DNA from: Oligoflexales bacterium
Lineage (GTDB): Bacteria > Bdellovibrionota_B > Oligoflexia > Oligoflexales > Bog-1112
Length of the DNA: 22,786 nt
Assembly (NCBI GenBank): GCA_045105515.1
Contig: JBGCDR010000155.1
Coordinates: 1-22,786, forward strand
Reading direction: 5' to 3'
Numbering within the stretch: position 1 is the first letter of the stretch; each line of letters starts with the position of its first letter. The notes under the pieces were generated by a model. It did no database searches, was not told the DNA's origin, and saw nothing but the letters and a program-made list of their open reading frames with translations. The translations under genes and the position numbers were made by a program. This document shows positions 8,952-18,457 of this stretch, one piece after another.

Positions 8952-9959
8952 ATGAAAAATATTCCAAAAACATGGGAATGCGGCGCAGATCATTTTCAAT
9001 CAGTATTAACCAATGAATGGTATAAAGTAGTTTCTAGTTTGTTTTCAGAGGTAACTTGTACAACGATAGACTTTTTTAGAAAGGAAGGTCTTAGTCCGGT
9101 GTTACTACCTATTACTTGTCCTTCAATTTCGAGTCCTATGGGGCTCGGTAGTGACAGTTTACCTGTTGAAATTGAGTTGCATAATGAAAAAATCTATTTA
9201 GCGGATTCTATGCAATTTCATTTGGAATATCTTTTAAGGATTCAATCCCAAGGGGTATTCTACATTATGCCTACATTCAGGGGAGAAGATCCAGATGCAA
9301 CCCATTTGAATCAGTTTTTTCATGCAGAGGCTGAAATCCAGGGTGGATTCTTTGATGTTATGCAACTAGTTAATAAATACGTATTACAATTAACTAAAAA
9401 TATTAACTCGAAGCTTTCATGTGATCTAAATAAGGTAGGAATCAACACTGAACATTTAGATTTATTTATTAATTTGAATGGAAAAGTACCTGTTGTTGCG
9501 TTTGAAGATGTTTTTAATGACTTCAAAGACTCTGAATATATTGAATATATTAACTCTGATACTCCGATCATTACGAGAAAAGGTGAGCTTAAATTAATTG
9601 AAATTTTTAAAGGCCCAGTTTGGTTAAGTCATCCAAGGCACAACTCTGTACCATTCTACCAAGGTTGGAGTGAAGATAGAAAATCTGCTTTATCAGCCGA
9701 CCTTCTCCTAGGTTTAGGTGAAGTAGTTGGATGTGGAGAGCGTCACACTAGCTATCAAGATACTTATGAATCTTTAAAATCACATGGAGTTAACCATGAA
9801 GAATATGATTGGTACTTACGCTTAAAGAGAGAGTTTCCTTTGAAAACAGCTGGATTTGGTCTCGGAATAGAAAGGTTTCTCGCTTGGGTTTTAAAACATA
9901 ATGATATTCGAGACCTGGCGCTTTTCAACCGTTTAAAGGGAATTAAGTCAGCACCATAA
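8952..9959 (+). CDS. AsnRS/AspRS catalytic-domain paralog lacking the anticodon-binding domain (archaeal AsnA / AsnRS2-like ligase)
   Basis: YLADSMQFHLE, motif 2 FRGEDPDATHLNQFFHAEAE, ADLL..LGEVVGCGER, YDWY, motif 3 TAGFGLGIERFLAW. No N-terminal OB-fold. The ATG at 8952 is preferred over 8886. Confidence 0.88.
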   Translation: MKNIPKTWECGADHFQSVLTNEWYKVVSSLFSEVTCTTIDFFRKEGLSPVLLPITCPSISSPMGLGSDSLPVEIELHNEKIYLADSMQFHLEYLLRIQSQGVFYIMPTFRGEDPDATHLNQFFHAEAEIQGGFFDVMQLVNKYVLQLTKNINSKLSCDLNKVGINTEHLDLFINLNGKVPVVAFEDVFNDFKDSEYIEYINSDTPIITRKGELKLIEIFKGPVWLSHPRHNSVPFYQGWSEDRKSALSADLLLGLGEVVGCGERHTSYQDTYESLKSHGVNHEEYDWYLRLKREFPLKTAGFGLGIERFLAWVLKHNDIRDLALFNRLKGIKSAP

Positions 9960-9993
9960 TTTTTCTGAAAAAAACTCATAAATGGAGAACTAA

Positions 9994-10995
9994 ATGAATT
10001 CTGTATATGTACCACAATTAACTAAAAATGATATTGTTCATGTTGTTGCACCATCTAGGAGCATGTCAATAATTTCAAAGCAAGTACAAGATACAGCGAC
10101 GCAAAGATTAAATTCTTTCGGTCTTAATGTTTCTTTTGGAAAATATATTAATAATTCAAATAATTTTTGTACAACCACGGTCGAAGAAAGAGTAGAAGAT
10201 CTTCATTCTGCTTTTCTTGATCCAAATATTAAAGGCGTATTTTCTGTTATAGGTGGATTTTATAGTAACCATTTATTGGACTATATCGATTTTGATATAT
10301 TGAAATCAAATCCTAAAGTATTCTGTGGTTATTCAGATATCACAATCCTAGTAAATGCTATTTACAGAAAATGCGGATATATAACTTACTATGGACCTCA
10401 CTATTCAACATTAGGTATGGTTCAAGGTATCGATTATACTTTGAATAGCTTGAAAGATACTCTCTTTAGTTTTTCAGATAACGGTCTGACAATTGAGCCA
10501 TCCAGGAAATGGAGCGATGATCTTTGGTTTTTAGATCAAGATAAACGAGTGTTTATTGAAAATAGTGGACCAGTTGTTTTGAATAAAGGTATTGCAAAAG
10601 GACGTGCGATAGGAGGTAATCTTTTTGCTTTTGATTCGTTGAGAGGGACAGAATATATGCCAGATCTTGAAGATTCTATTCTATTTCTCGAATGTGATGA
10701 TACTCATGGGGACCTCACTCCTGCTCTATTTGATAAAATTATTTACTCAATTTTGCAGCATAAGGGTGCTAAAGGTATCAAAGGAATAGTCCTTGGTCGT
10801 TTTCAGAATTCCTGTAAATTTGATGAGTTAACACTATGTGACATTCTAAAAGCGAAAAATATGTTATCAGGCATCCCAATTGTTTATAATATGAGTTTTG
10901 GTCATACTACACCACAGTTCACTATTCCTATTGGTGCTGATACGATTTTAGATACTCAAGACTCTGAAAATGTTTGCTTACAATTCAAAAGGTAA
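9994..10995 (+). CDS. S66 family peptidase (LD-carboxypeptidase / MccF-like)
   Basis: VAPSRS, IGGFYSN, GYSDIT (Ser), GGNL, LFLE (Glu), FGHTTP (His). No signal peptide. Confidence 0.93.
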   Translation: MNSVYVPQLTKNDIVHVVAPSRSMSIISKQVQDTATQRLNSFGLNVSFGKYINNSNNFCTTTVEERVEDLHSAFLDPNIKGVFSVIGGFYSNHLLDYIDFDILKSNPKVFCGYSDITILVNAIYRKCGYITYYGPHYSTLGMVQGIDYTLNSLKDTLFSFSDNGLTIEPSRKWSDDLWFLDQDKRVFIENSGPVVLNKGIAKGRAIGGNLFAFDSLRGTEYMPDLEDSILFLECDDTHGDLTPALFDKIIYSILQHKGAKGIKGIVLGRFQNSCKFDELTLCDILKAKNMLSGIPIVYNMSFGHTTPQFTIPIGADTILDTQDSENVCLQFKR

Positions 10996-11001
10996 TTTTA
11001 T

Positions 11002-12294
11002 ATGTTAAGTCTTGAAAAAATTAAGGATATTTGTTTAAAAAGAGGATTTTTTTATAAACAAAATTGCGGTTCTTTAGAAGGGATTTACGAGTTAGGTCCC
11101 CTAGGTGTTATTTTAAAAAATAATATTATTTCCTCATGGAAACATAGTCTGCTTTCAAGAGACTATGAGATATACTCAATGGAAACTAGTAATCTGACTC
11201 CTCTTAAAGTTTGGGAAGTATCTCAGCATACAAAAAATTTTCATGACCCCGTAACTACCTGTACTCGTTGTAGCTTATCTTTCAGAACAGACAAATGTGA
11301 ACATGACCTAAAAGATAGTAAAGTAATTTATTACTGTCCAAAATGTGGCAATGAGAGTCATTCTATTGTTTCAAAATCATCTTTGCTGTTTGAAACAAAT
11401 GTTAACTTGAATGCAAAAAAAGAAAGTAAATTTATTTTACGGCCTGAAGGCTCACAACTAGTATATTTGCAGTACAAAAATTTAATAGATTCTATGAATG
11501 CTAAAATTCCTTTCGGAGTGTCTCATATAGGCCGATCTTTTCGAAACGAGACATTCGATGCGAACTCTTTTATTTTTCGTTCACTGGAATTTGACCAGTT
11601 AGATGTTCAATTTTTTGTTTCTGAATCCGAGGCCATAAAATATTTGGATATATGGACCAACAGACGGTTAGAATGGTATAAAAAGCTTTCCAATAATCCT
11701 GCAAACTATATAGCGAAGACTATTCCTCAGGATGATAGGAGCCATTATTCAAGCCAAACCAACGACATTTTATTTAATTTCCCATGGGGTAAAGATGAAA
11801 TTGAAGGAGTTGCTTGCAGAAATGATCTCCTAGGACTAAAAAATTTTTTCCCTCATGCTTTTGAGGGGGTTCGACAAGAAGACTTACCTTTTGTCATCGA
11901 GCCAAGTGCTGGATTGCAGCGAATGATATTATCCTTTCTTTTTGATGCTGCGGTAGAAAGTGAGTCAACCAACCAAGTCAATCTGAATATTCATCATGAT
12001 TTAGTCCCATATCATGTTTCTATAAACATCAACGGGAGCATGCCTCTTGTAAATTTATGGGAAGATTTGCATCAAAAAAACAAGAATATTCGAATCAATA
12101 AAACTTGTGAGTCTGAAAACAAAATATTTGAACTAATAAATAATCAAATTGGGACATTGTGGACGATTAGTAAAGATATGTCTGGATATGGGTATATTCT
12201 AAAGCACAGAGACAAAGATCTGCATCATTTTGACACATTAGAGTCATTGTCTAATCGATTAGCACTAGATTTTGAAAAATTACAGGATATATAA
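11002..12294 (+). CDS. Divergent glycyl-tRNA synthetase (alpha2 type) paralog with a degenerate anticodon-binding domain
   Basis: CLKRGF, YELGPLG, CxxC...CxxC, LRPEGSQ, IGRSFRNE, FIFRSLEFDQLD, FPWGKDEIEG, PFVIEPSAGLQR. The C-terminal domain lacks [15 protein letters not shown]. Confidence 0.88.
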   Translation: MLSLEKIKDICLKRGFFYKQNCGSLEGIYELGPLGVILKNNIISSWKHSLLSRDYEIYSMETSNLTPLKVWEVSQHTKNFHDPVTTCTRCSLSFRTDKCEHDLKDSKVIYYCPKCGNESHSIVSKSSLLFETNVNLNAKKESKFILRPEGSQLVYLQYKNLIDSMNAKIPFGVSHIGRSFRNETFDANSFIFRSLEFDQLDVQFFVSESEAIKYLDIWTNRRLEWYKKLSNNPANYIAKTIPQDDRSHYSSQTNDILFNFPWGKDEIEGVACRNDLLGLKNFFPHAFEGVRQEDLPFVIEPSAGLQRMILSFLFDAAVESESTNQVNLNIHHDLVPYHVSININGSMPLVNLWEDLHQKNKNIRINKTCESENKIFELINNQIGTLWTISKDMSGYGYILKHRDKDLHHFDTLESLSNRLALDFEKLQDI

Positions 12295-12298
12295 AGAT

Positions 12299-13582
12299 AT
12301 GAATACAAAAAAACCAGATAAAAAAGAGTTTATTAAGAACATTCTTTTCTGTAAGTGGGATCATGTTTTTCTAAAAACAGCTCTTGAAAGTAATCATGTA
12401 TGCCATTTGGTTCTCGACAAATATGATGCAAAAAGTCATGATTTCAATAAGGAGTTAGCTGATAAGTGTGCATCGTTTATTACAGTTAGTTCTTTCGATT
12501 CTATTGAAGAACTTTCAGCGGTAGCTGGGCATTTTATATCTTCGGAGATAAAAATTGATTTCGTTGTAAGCAATGGAGAGTATGGCCATTATGGAGCTGG
12601 TTTACTGGGATCTATTTTTGAGGTTCCAAATATTAATATTCATTCTGTAACCTCTGTCAGAGATAAGATATTGATGAAGAAAATGGCTGTTGATGGGGGG
12701 TTGCGTGCAGCATCTTATACCTCCATACCAGATATATCTGATATCTCAAACTTTAAAAGTAAATTGAGACATTTATCTTATCCTCTTGTACTAAAGCCTT
12801 CTAATGGTGTGGGTACAAGGTATACTTATATACTTAAAAATGACCAGGACTTAAAAGTCGCAGCTGAAGAAATAAGTAGTAACCTATGTCCTCCCCTTTA
12901 TTCTAGAAGTTTTATCATCGAAGAATTCATACCTGGTGAGGAATATAATATCGATGCCGTTTGGTTAAATGGTAAACCTGTTCTTTTTTCGATCGCAAAA
13001 TATTTTTCTCCGGTAATTCAGTACAAGAATAGCACTGTAGGATTGAGAATTTTAAACAAAGAAGATCATGAAGAACTCTATGAAGAATTATATAGCATGA
13101 ATATAAAAGCTAATAAAATTTTCAATATAAGAAATGGTTTAACACATATGCAAGTCTTAAAAGAACCTGGTAAGCCAGCTGTTTTTACAGAGATTGCCAC
13201 TCGTCATTGCGGAGGGTATGGTTGTGAAGCGATTGAGAAAAAGTGGGGTATAGATAATCGAGAAGCTTTTATTAGAATTCTACTTGGATGTGAGAAATCG
13301 GACTTGGCATTTAATGAAACACCTCATAAACACGTAGGATATTTTAACGTATCTCCGGAAAATCCTGGTGTAGTCGTCAATTCGCCTAATCCTGAAGAAA
13401 TAAAAAAGTTCAATGGAGTATTAGAAGTAAAACAGTGTCTTTTCGATGGAGAAGATTATGCGAATGACTATGGATGCAATTGGACGATGCTGGTACTTGT
13501 TGGAACGGAATCGATTGATAAGTTCCATGAAATTGTCAACACCGTGAACGAAAAATTTAAATATCAAACGGTTGGTAACTGA
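12299..13582 (+). CDS. ATP-grasp ligase (L-amino acid ligase-like), copy 1
   Basis: RDKILMK, YPLVLKPSNGVGT, FIIEEFIPGEE, HMQV, TEIATRHCGG. The ATG at 12299 is preferred. Confidence 0.9.
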   Translation: MNTKKPDKKEFIKNILFCKWDHVFLKTALESNHVCHLVLDKYDAKSHDFNKELADKCASFITVSSFDSIEELSAVAGHFISSEIKIDFVVSNGEYGHYGAGLLGSIFEVPNINIHSVTSVRDKILMKKMAVDGGLRAASYTSIPDISDISNFKSKLRHLSYPLVLKPSNGVGTRYTYILKNDQDLKVAAEEISSNLCPPLYSRSFIIEEFIPGEEYNIDAVWLNGKPVLFSIAKYFSPVIQYKNSTVGLRILNKEDHEELYEELYSMNIKANKIFNIRNGLTHMQVLKEPGKPAVFTEIATRHCGGYGCEAIEKKWGIDNREAFIRILLGCEKSDLAFNETPHKHVGYFNVSPENPGVVVNSPNPEEIKKFNGVLEVKQCLFDGEDYANDYGCNWTMLVLVGTESIDKFHEIVNTVNEKFKYQTVGN

Positions 13583-13583
13583 C

Positions 13584-14858
13584 GTGAATATTTTATTTTG
13601 TAAATGGGATAAGTCTTATCTAGAACTAATGCTAGCTCAAGGATTAAAAGTGTGGCAAGTATTAGATGATTTTGACAAGAATCTTAACAATCTTGATGCT
13701 GATTTGCTTGCTAAGTGTGAAAATATATTCTATGTCAGATCTTTTGACTCGATTGAGGAGATCGCTTCCATTGCCTCTTCACTAATTTCTGAAAATGTGA
13801 AAATTGAACATGTTGTTAGTAATGGTGAATATTCTATTTACGGATCAGCAGTTTTAAAGTCGATTCTTGGGCTTGAAGGTAATGCTGTGTTGAAAGGGCT
13901 ATGCTACCGTGATAAAAGAGCGATGAAACAGAAACTAAGAAAAAATCAGATTAGAACTGCCCGTTATGTATCCGTTTCAAATATTCATGATATTCATGAT
14001 CTATATGATAAAGCCCTCCAGATTGGTTTCCCAGTGGTTGTAAAACCGGCAAATGGGGTTGGAACACGGCTAACAGCTGTACTAAGGAATGCTAATGAAC
14101 TTAATGAATTCCACCAAAGGGTAATTGCTGAAATTAAACCTCCCATTTTTTCGTCACAATTTATTGTCGAAGAATATATTAAAGGTCAAGAATTCCATGT
14201 AGACGGGGTCTGGGCAGAGGGAAGAAATATTTGTTTTTCAGCAGGCAGGTACCATGCTCCATGCGTAGAGTTTAAGGAAAAGTTTTATGGATCTATGTTG
14301 CTAGATGAAAAGAATGATGAACACTGTCTTAAGGAACTTTTTGAGTTAAATAAGAATGTTAATCGTGCCCTTGGTATTTGTGATGGGCCTACTCATCTCG
14401 AAGTCTTTCTAGATTGTAACGGTGAATTTGTTGTATCGGAGATGGCAACAAGAATTGGTGGTGGGTTTATTATGGAAGCTAATCTGGAAAAAGATAATAC
14501 CTGTTTCAGATCCAATCATGTTAAAGTTCTGGTGAATCCAAGGAACTTTTCAAAATCTGAGCCACCACCTTCCCAATTGAAGGTGAGGTATTTCGGTTTT
14601 ATTAACTTGACACCAAAAGAAGAAGGCGTAATTACATCTATACCAAGCATCGATTCTTTAAAGAGTCATCCCGGAATTCTTCGTTTCCAGTTGCGTGCGA
14701 ATATTGGCGACTCTTTTAAGCACAGTCATGGTGGGAATTGGATACTTATGGTAGTTATCGCAGCACCTTCTGAAGAAGAATATCAGATGCTATGTAAAGA
14801 GATCATTGAAAAATTTATAATTCAAACGGTCCCTTTTATTTCTAAGGTAACTAATTAA
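13584..14858 (+). CDS. ATP-grasp ligase (L-amino acid ligase-like), copy 2
   Basis: [53 protein letters not shown]. The start is either GTG 13584 or TTG 13572. Confidence 0.9.
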   Translation: MNILFCKWDKSYLELMLAQGLKVWQVLDDFDKNLNNLDADLLAKCENIFYVRSFDSIEEIASIASSLISENVKIEHVVSNGEYSIYGSAVLKSILGLEGNAVLKGLCYRDKRAMKQKLRKNQIRTARYVSVSNIHDIHDLYDKALQIGFPVVVKPANGVGTRLTAVLRNANELNEFHQRVIAEIKPPIFSSQFIVEEYIKGQEFHVDGVWAEGRNICFSAGRYHAPCVEFKEKFYGSMLLDEKNDEHCLKELFELNKNVNRALGICDGPTHLEVFLDCNGEFVVSEMATRIGGGFIMEANLEKDNTCFRSNHVKVLVNPRNFSKSEPPPSQLKVRYFGFINLTPKEEGVITSIPSIDSLKSHPGILRFQLRANIGDSFKHSHGGNWILMVVIAAPSEEEYQMLCKEIIEKFIIQTVPFISKVTN

Positions 14859-14875
14859 TTTTAACATTTTATGAC

Positions 14876-16186
14876 ATGAGAAACCCTATGTTAGACAAGA
14901 TGAAAATGATTACGGCACTCTGTAAAAAACGTGGATTCGTATTTCAAAGCTCTGAAATTTATGGTGGCCTCTCAGGTGCTTGGGATTATGGGCCTTTGGG
15001 ATCTGAACTTAAGGCTAATATTAAAAAATTGTGGTGGGAGCACATGACCTACCGGCAAGATATTGTAGGAATAGATTCGGCAATTTTAATGAACCCAGAG
15101 GTCTGGAATACTTCTGGTCATGTCAAAAATTTTAGCGATCCTATGGTTGATTGCAAAATTTGTAAGCATCGCTTTAGAGCTGATACGATCGACTTAAACG
15201 CTCCTTGTCCAAATTGCCAATCTGAAAATAGCTTTACTGAGCCGCGTGATTTCAATCTACTATTTGAAACCTCTTTAGGATCAGTAAAAGATCACCAAAG
15301 TAAAGTTTATCTTCGACCTGAAACTGCTCAAGGAATTTTTGTAAATTTTATTAATGTACAGAAATCAACCCGAAAAAAAATTCCTTTTGGAATAGCTCAA
15401 ATAGGAAAATCCTTTCGAAACGAGATAACTCTTGAAAATTTTATCTTTCGAACTCGCGAATTTGAACAAATGGAAATGCAATATTTTGTTGAACCAGGCT
15501 CTCAATCAGCCCATATAGCCCAATGGAAAGAAGTAAGGATAAACTGGCTAAAAAGTTTGGGTTTTAATCAAGATAATTTGCGTTTTGTCGACCACGACAA
15601 GCTAGCGCACTATGCAGATGAAGCAGTAGATATTGAATATAATTTCCCAAAATTTGGTTGGAGTGAACTTGAAGGAATACATTCTCGAACAGATTTTGAC
15701 ATTAAGGGTCATATGGATGCTTCAGGCAAGAACTTACAGTATGTAGATCCTATTAATGGAAAGAAGTTCTGCCCATATGTGGTAGAAACTGCCATAGGGT
15801 GTGACAGGTTGTTTTTAGCTTTGTTATGTGAGGCTTTAGTAACAGATTCCGAAGATGATGATTTAGATAGGGCTTTATTGAAGCTAGATCCAAAAATTGC
15901 ACCTATAAAAGCAGCTATTTTACCCCTGCAAAATAAACCTGCTATCACTGAATTAGCTATAAAAACTTTTGATGATCTCAGAAAAAGGTTTAAAACAGAT
16001 TATGACACCTCTGGATCTATAGGTAAAAGGTATCGTAGGCAAGATGAAATAGGAACTCCTTATTGTGTGACTTTTGATTTCGATACTATAGAAGATAAAA
16101 AAGTTACGGTAAGGAATAGAGACACTGCTCAGCAATCTCGCGTCGAATTGTCTCATCTACAAAAGTATCTAGAGGATAGGATCTAA
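14876..16186 (+). CDS. glyQS: Glycine--tRNA ligase (alpha2 dimeric type), intact
   Basis: [95 protein letters not shown]. Confidence 0.96.
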   Translation: MRNPMLDKMKMITALCKKRGFVFQSSEIYGGLSGAWDYGPLGSELKANIKKLWWEHMTYRQDIVGIDSAILMNPEVWNTSGHVKNFSDPMVDCKICKHRFRADTIDLNAPCPNCQSENSFTEPRDFNLLFETSLGSVKDHQSKVYLRPETAQGIFVNFINVQKSTRKKIPFGIAQIGKSFRNEITLENFIFRTREFEQMEMQYFVEPGSQSAHIAQWKEVRINWLKSLGFNQDNLRFVDHDKLAHYADEAVDIEYNFPKFGWSELEGIHSRTDFDIKGHMDASGKNLQYVDPINGKKFCPYVVETAIGCDRLFLALLCEALVTDSEDDDLDRALLKLDPKIAPIKAAILPLQNKPAITELAIKTFDDLRKRFKTDYDTSGSIGKRYRRQDEIGTPYCVTFDFDTIEDKKVTVRNRDTAQQSRVELSHLQKYLEDRI

Positions 16187-16192
16187 CTTTCA

Positions 16193-17434
16193 ATGAAAAG
16201 TCAGGAAAAAATTTTTATTCTGTTGCTTCTTCAAGCGTTAGCATTGACAGGGTCCTCTTTGACAGGCTTTGCTCTTCCGTTATTGCTTTTTAAAGGTTCT
16301 GATCAGATTTCTGGCCTTGGATTACTATATTTTTTTCAAATATGGCCTGGCTTTTTAGTTAGCTTTCTAGCAGGATATATTACAGACCGATTCTCAAGGA
16401 GATGGGTGTCAATTATTTCATTGATAGCATATCTTTTGAATTTAGCCTGTCTTGGATTCTTTCATCATTTTAATAGTTTGGATAGATTAATCATCTATTT
16501 TTTTACTATAAATCTTTCCATAATTAATGCTTTTCAAGCATTATCTCTCTGTACCCTTATAAGTGAAAATGTGCGAAATGAAACTAGAGTTCTCGTTAAT
16601 ATTTTACTATCTCTCCGTAACACTGTCCCACGGCTATTGGCTCCAGCATTGTCCGGATTTCTAGTAGCACAAAATGAGATCAGTACAATTGTAGAAATTG
16701 ATTTCATAATTCATATCTTGTTTCTTTTTGTAGTTTTTGTTCTGTCTCATAATTTTAATAGTAGTAAAGATAATCAAATAAAATTGTTAGATTATAAAAA
16801 AGTGCTTTCGTTTATTGGTAAACAAAAAACTATGCAAAAGACTTTATTAAGTCTTTTGCATACTAATGCTACCACTTCAGTTTTTGGAGTTTTTATTATT
16901 CCTATTGCACTGAATTTTATGAACGAACACCAAATAGGTTTTAATTTGTCTATGGGTGGGATTGGGAGTGTTGTGGGAGCTTGCTGTTTTCAACGAAACT
17001 TTTTCAAACTTAATTTGAACCATATTTTGTTTTTTAGTCATTTAATTCAAGGTTTTTCTTTATTTTTTTTGGTAATTTTTTCATTTTATGATTACTTTGG
17101 CTTATTTTTATTTTTCTACTTTTTTACAGTTCCTATTCAAAATGGGCATAGCTATAGTGTTTGGCAAGAAAGTACCAATCCTTCGCTTTATGGACGCTTA
17201 TTTGCGTCTAAGGGAATGATTCTTCAAGCTAGTAGTATTATAGTTTTTTTTCTTATAGGCTACATTGGAGATTGGATTCTAATTCCAACTACAAGTAGAA
17301 TCCTTTCCCCAGATAAAGGTTATCTTGGGTTGTGTTTCTTTATATCGGCCTTAGGAATTACACATATTATTGCAGCATCTAGAATTTTTCTCCGCTCACG
17401 GCTAATATCAGAGTTTCAATATGAAAAGGTATAA
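16193..17434 (+). CDS. MFS transporter (DHA3/MefA-like exporter)
   Basis: About 12 hydrophobic segments, motif A GYITDRFSRR, and WQESTNPSLYGRLFA. Confidence 0.9.
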   Translation: MKSQEKIFILLLLQALALTGSSLTGFALPLLLFKGSDQISGLGLLYFFQIWPGFLVSFLAGYITDRFSRRWVSIISLIAYLLNLACLGFFHHFNSLDRLIIYFFTINLSIINAFQALSLCTLISENVRNETRVLVNILLSLRNTVPRLLAPALSGFLVAQNEISTIVEIDFIIHILFLFVVFVLSHNFNSSKDNQIKLLDYKKVLSFIGKQKTMQKTLLSLLHTNATTSVFGVFIIPIALNFMNEHQIGFNLSMGGIGSVVGACCFQRNFFKLNLNHILFFSHLIQGFSLFFLVIFSFYDYFGLFLFFYFFTVPIQNGHSYSVWQESTNPSLYGRLFASKGMILQASSIIVFFLIGYIGDWILIPTTSRILSPDKGYLGLCFFISALGITHIIAASRIFLRSRLISEFQYEKV

Positions 17435-18392
17435 AAATTTTTCGTTGGACCTAGGTCGATGGAATCATTCAACACTAGAAAATTTGATGGAACATTGTCA
17501 AGTTAACAAAAAAACTGCAAATGAGCGGATTGCATTTTGGATGGAGGAATTGATATCTATTCCTTTCGCCTTCGAATCGCAAAGAATGTGGCCCGAAAAA
17601 GGTCACATTCGTGTGGATTTAGAAACAATGGACTGTATGACTCTAGTATATTATGTTTTAGCCCTTTCTCGAAGTAGAGATATTAATGAATTTTTATCGC
17701 AGATTTGTTCTTTTCGTTATCATGGAGATGGATTAATAGATAGTGACCCAGAGAAGGGAAATATATTTAATTTTGCTTCTGAAGCATTTCTGAAAAATGC
17801 TATATCTAGGAAAATATTTATTGATTTAACTAGTGATTTAGTACCTAAAAAATATTTAGGTATTTTCTCAGCAAATCTAAAAAAAATTAGGCGCGCAAAG
17901 CTAATAGATATAAACCAGAATTTTATTAGCCCCATAACACAAGGTCGAGTTAGAAGTGAATTTATCGTAAAAGATGGATTTCCATACGTTTTTAAAGACA
18001 AAATTAAATCTGGGGATCTAATTTTATTTGGTAAGAAAAATAAAAATGATGACGAAGAACTTCCGATGCTGATAGCTCATCTAGGTTTTGTATATAGACC
18101 CCACGATGAAACTAATGGAAAAATAGGTTTGTATCACTCCACTAGGCATTTCCATTGGAATCCAAACGGAAATATTGACTCTCGACCACGTTTTACAGGT
18201 TTTTTTTATGATACAGAAAGAAAAAAAGAGCAAATAGGAACAGGTGTTGCAGGTGTTTTTGCTGGTGAGCATACTAAAACCATTGTAAATCCCAATTCAA
18301 CATGTTATGGGATGAATCAGGATGAAATAAGATCTATATTTGACTACGCCTCTTTTTCATTTGATGGTTTTAAGATTTTAAGACCTTTATAA
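17421..18392 (+). CDS. DUF1460 / NlpC-P60-like cysteine hydrolase (AmiA-like amidase fold), no signal peptide
   Basis: LETMDCMTLVYYVLALSRS (Cys), FRY, IKSGDLI, IAHLGF (His), LYHST, GFKILRP. Confidence 0.78.
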   Translation: MKRYKNFSLDLGRWNHSTLENLMEHCQVNKKTANERIAFWMEELISIPFAFESQRMWPEKGHIRVDLETMDCMTLVYYVLALSRSRDINEFLSQICSFRYHGDGLIDSDPEKGNIFNFASEAFLKNAISRKIFIDLTSDLVPKKYLGIFSANLKKIRRAKLIDINQNFISPITQGRVRSEFIVKDGFPYVFKDKIKSGDLILFGKKNKNDDEELPMLIAHLGFVYRPHDETNGKIGLYHSTRHFHWNPNGNIDSRPRFTGFFYDTERKKEQIGTGVAGVFAGEHTKTIVNPNSTCYGMNQDEIRSIFDYASFSFDGFKILRPL

Positions 18393-18457
18393 CCCTATAA
18401 AAAATAAAGATATTTGTTAATTAAAAAATAAATTTAAAATAGACATGGAAACACAAA

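Noticed and set aside
11002..12294. GlyRS pseudogene
   Set aside because: The frame is full length and uninterrupted with catalytic motifs retained, which fits a neofunctionalised paralog better.
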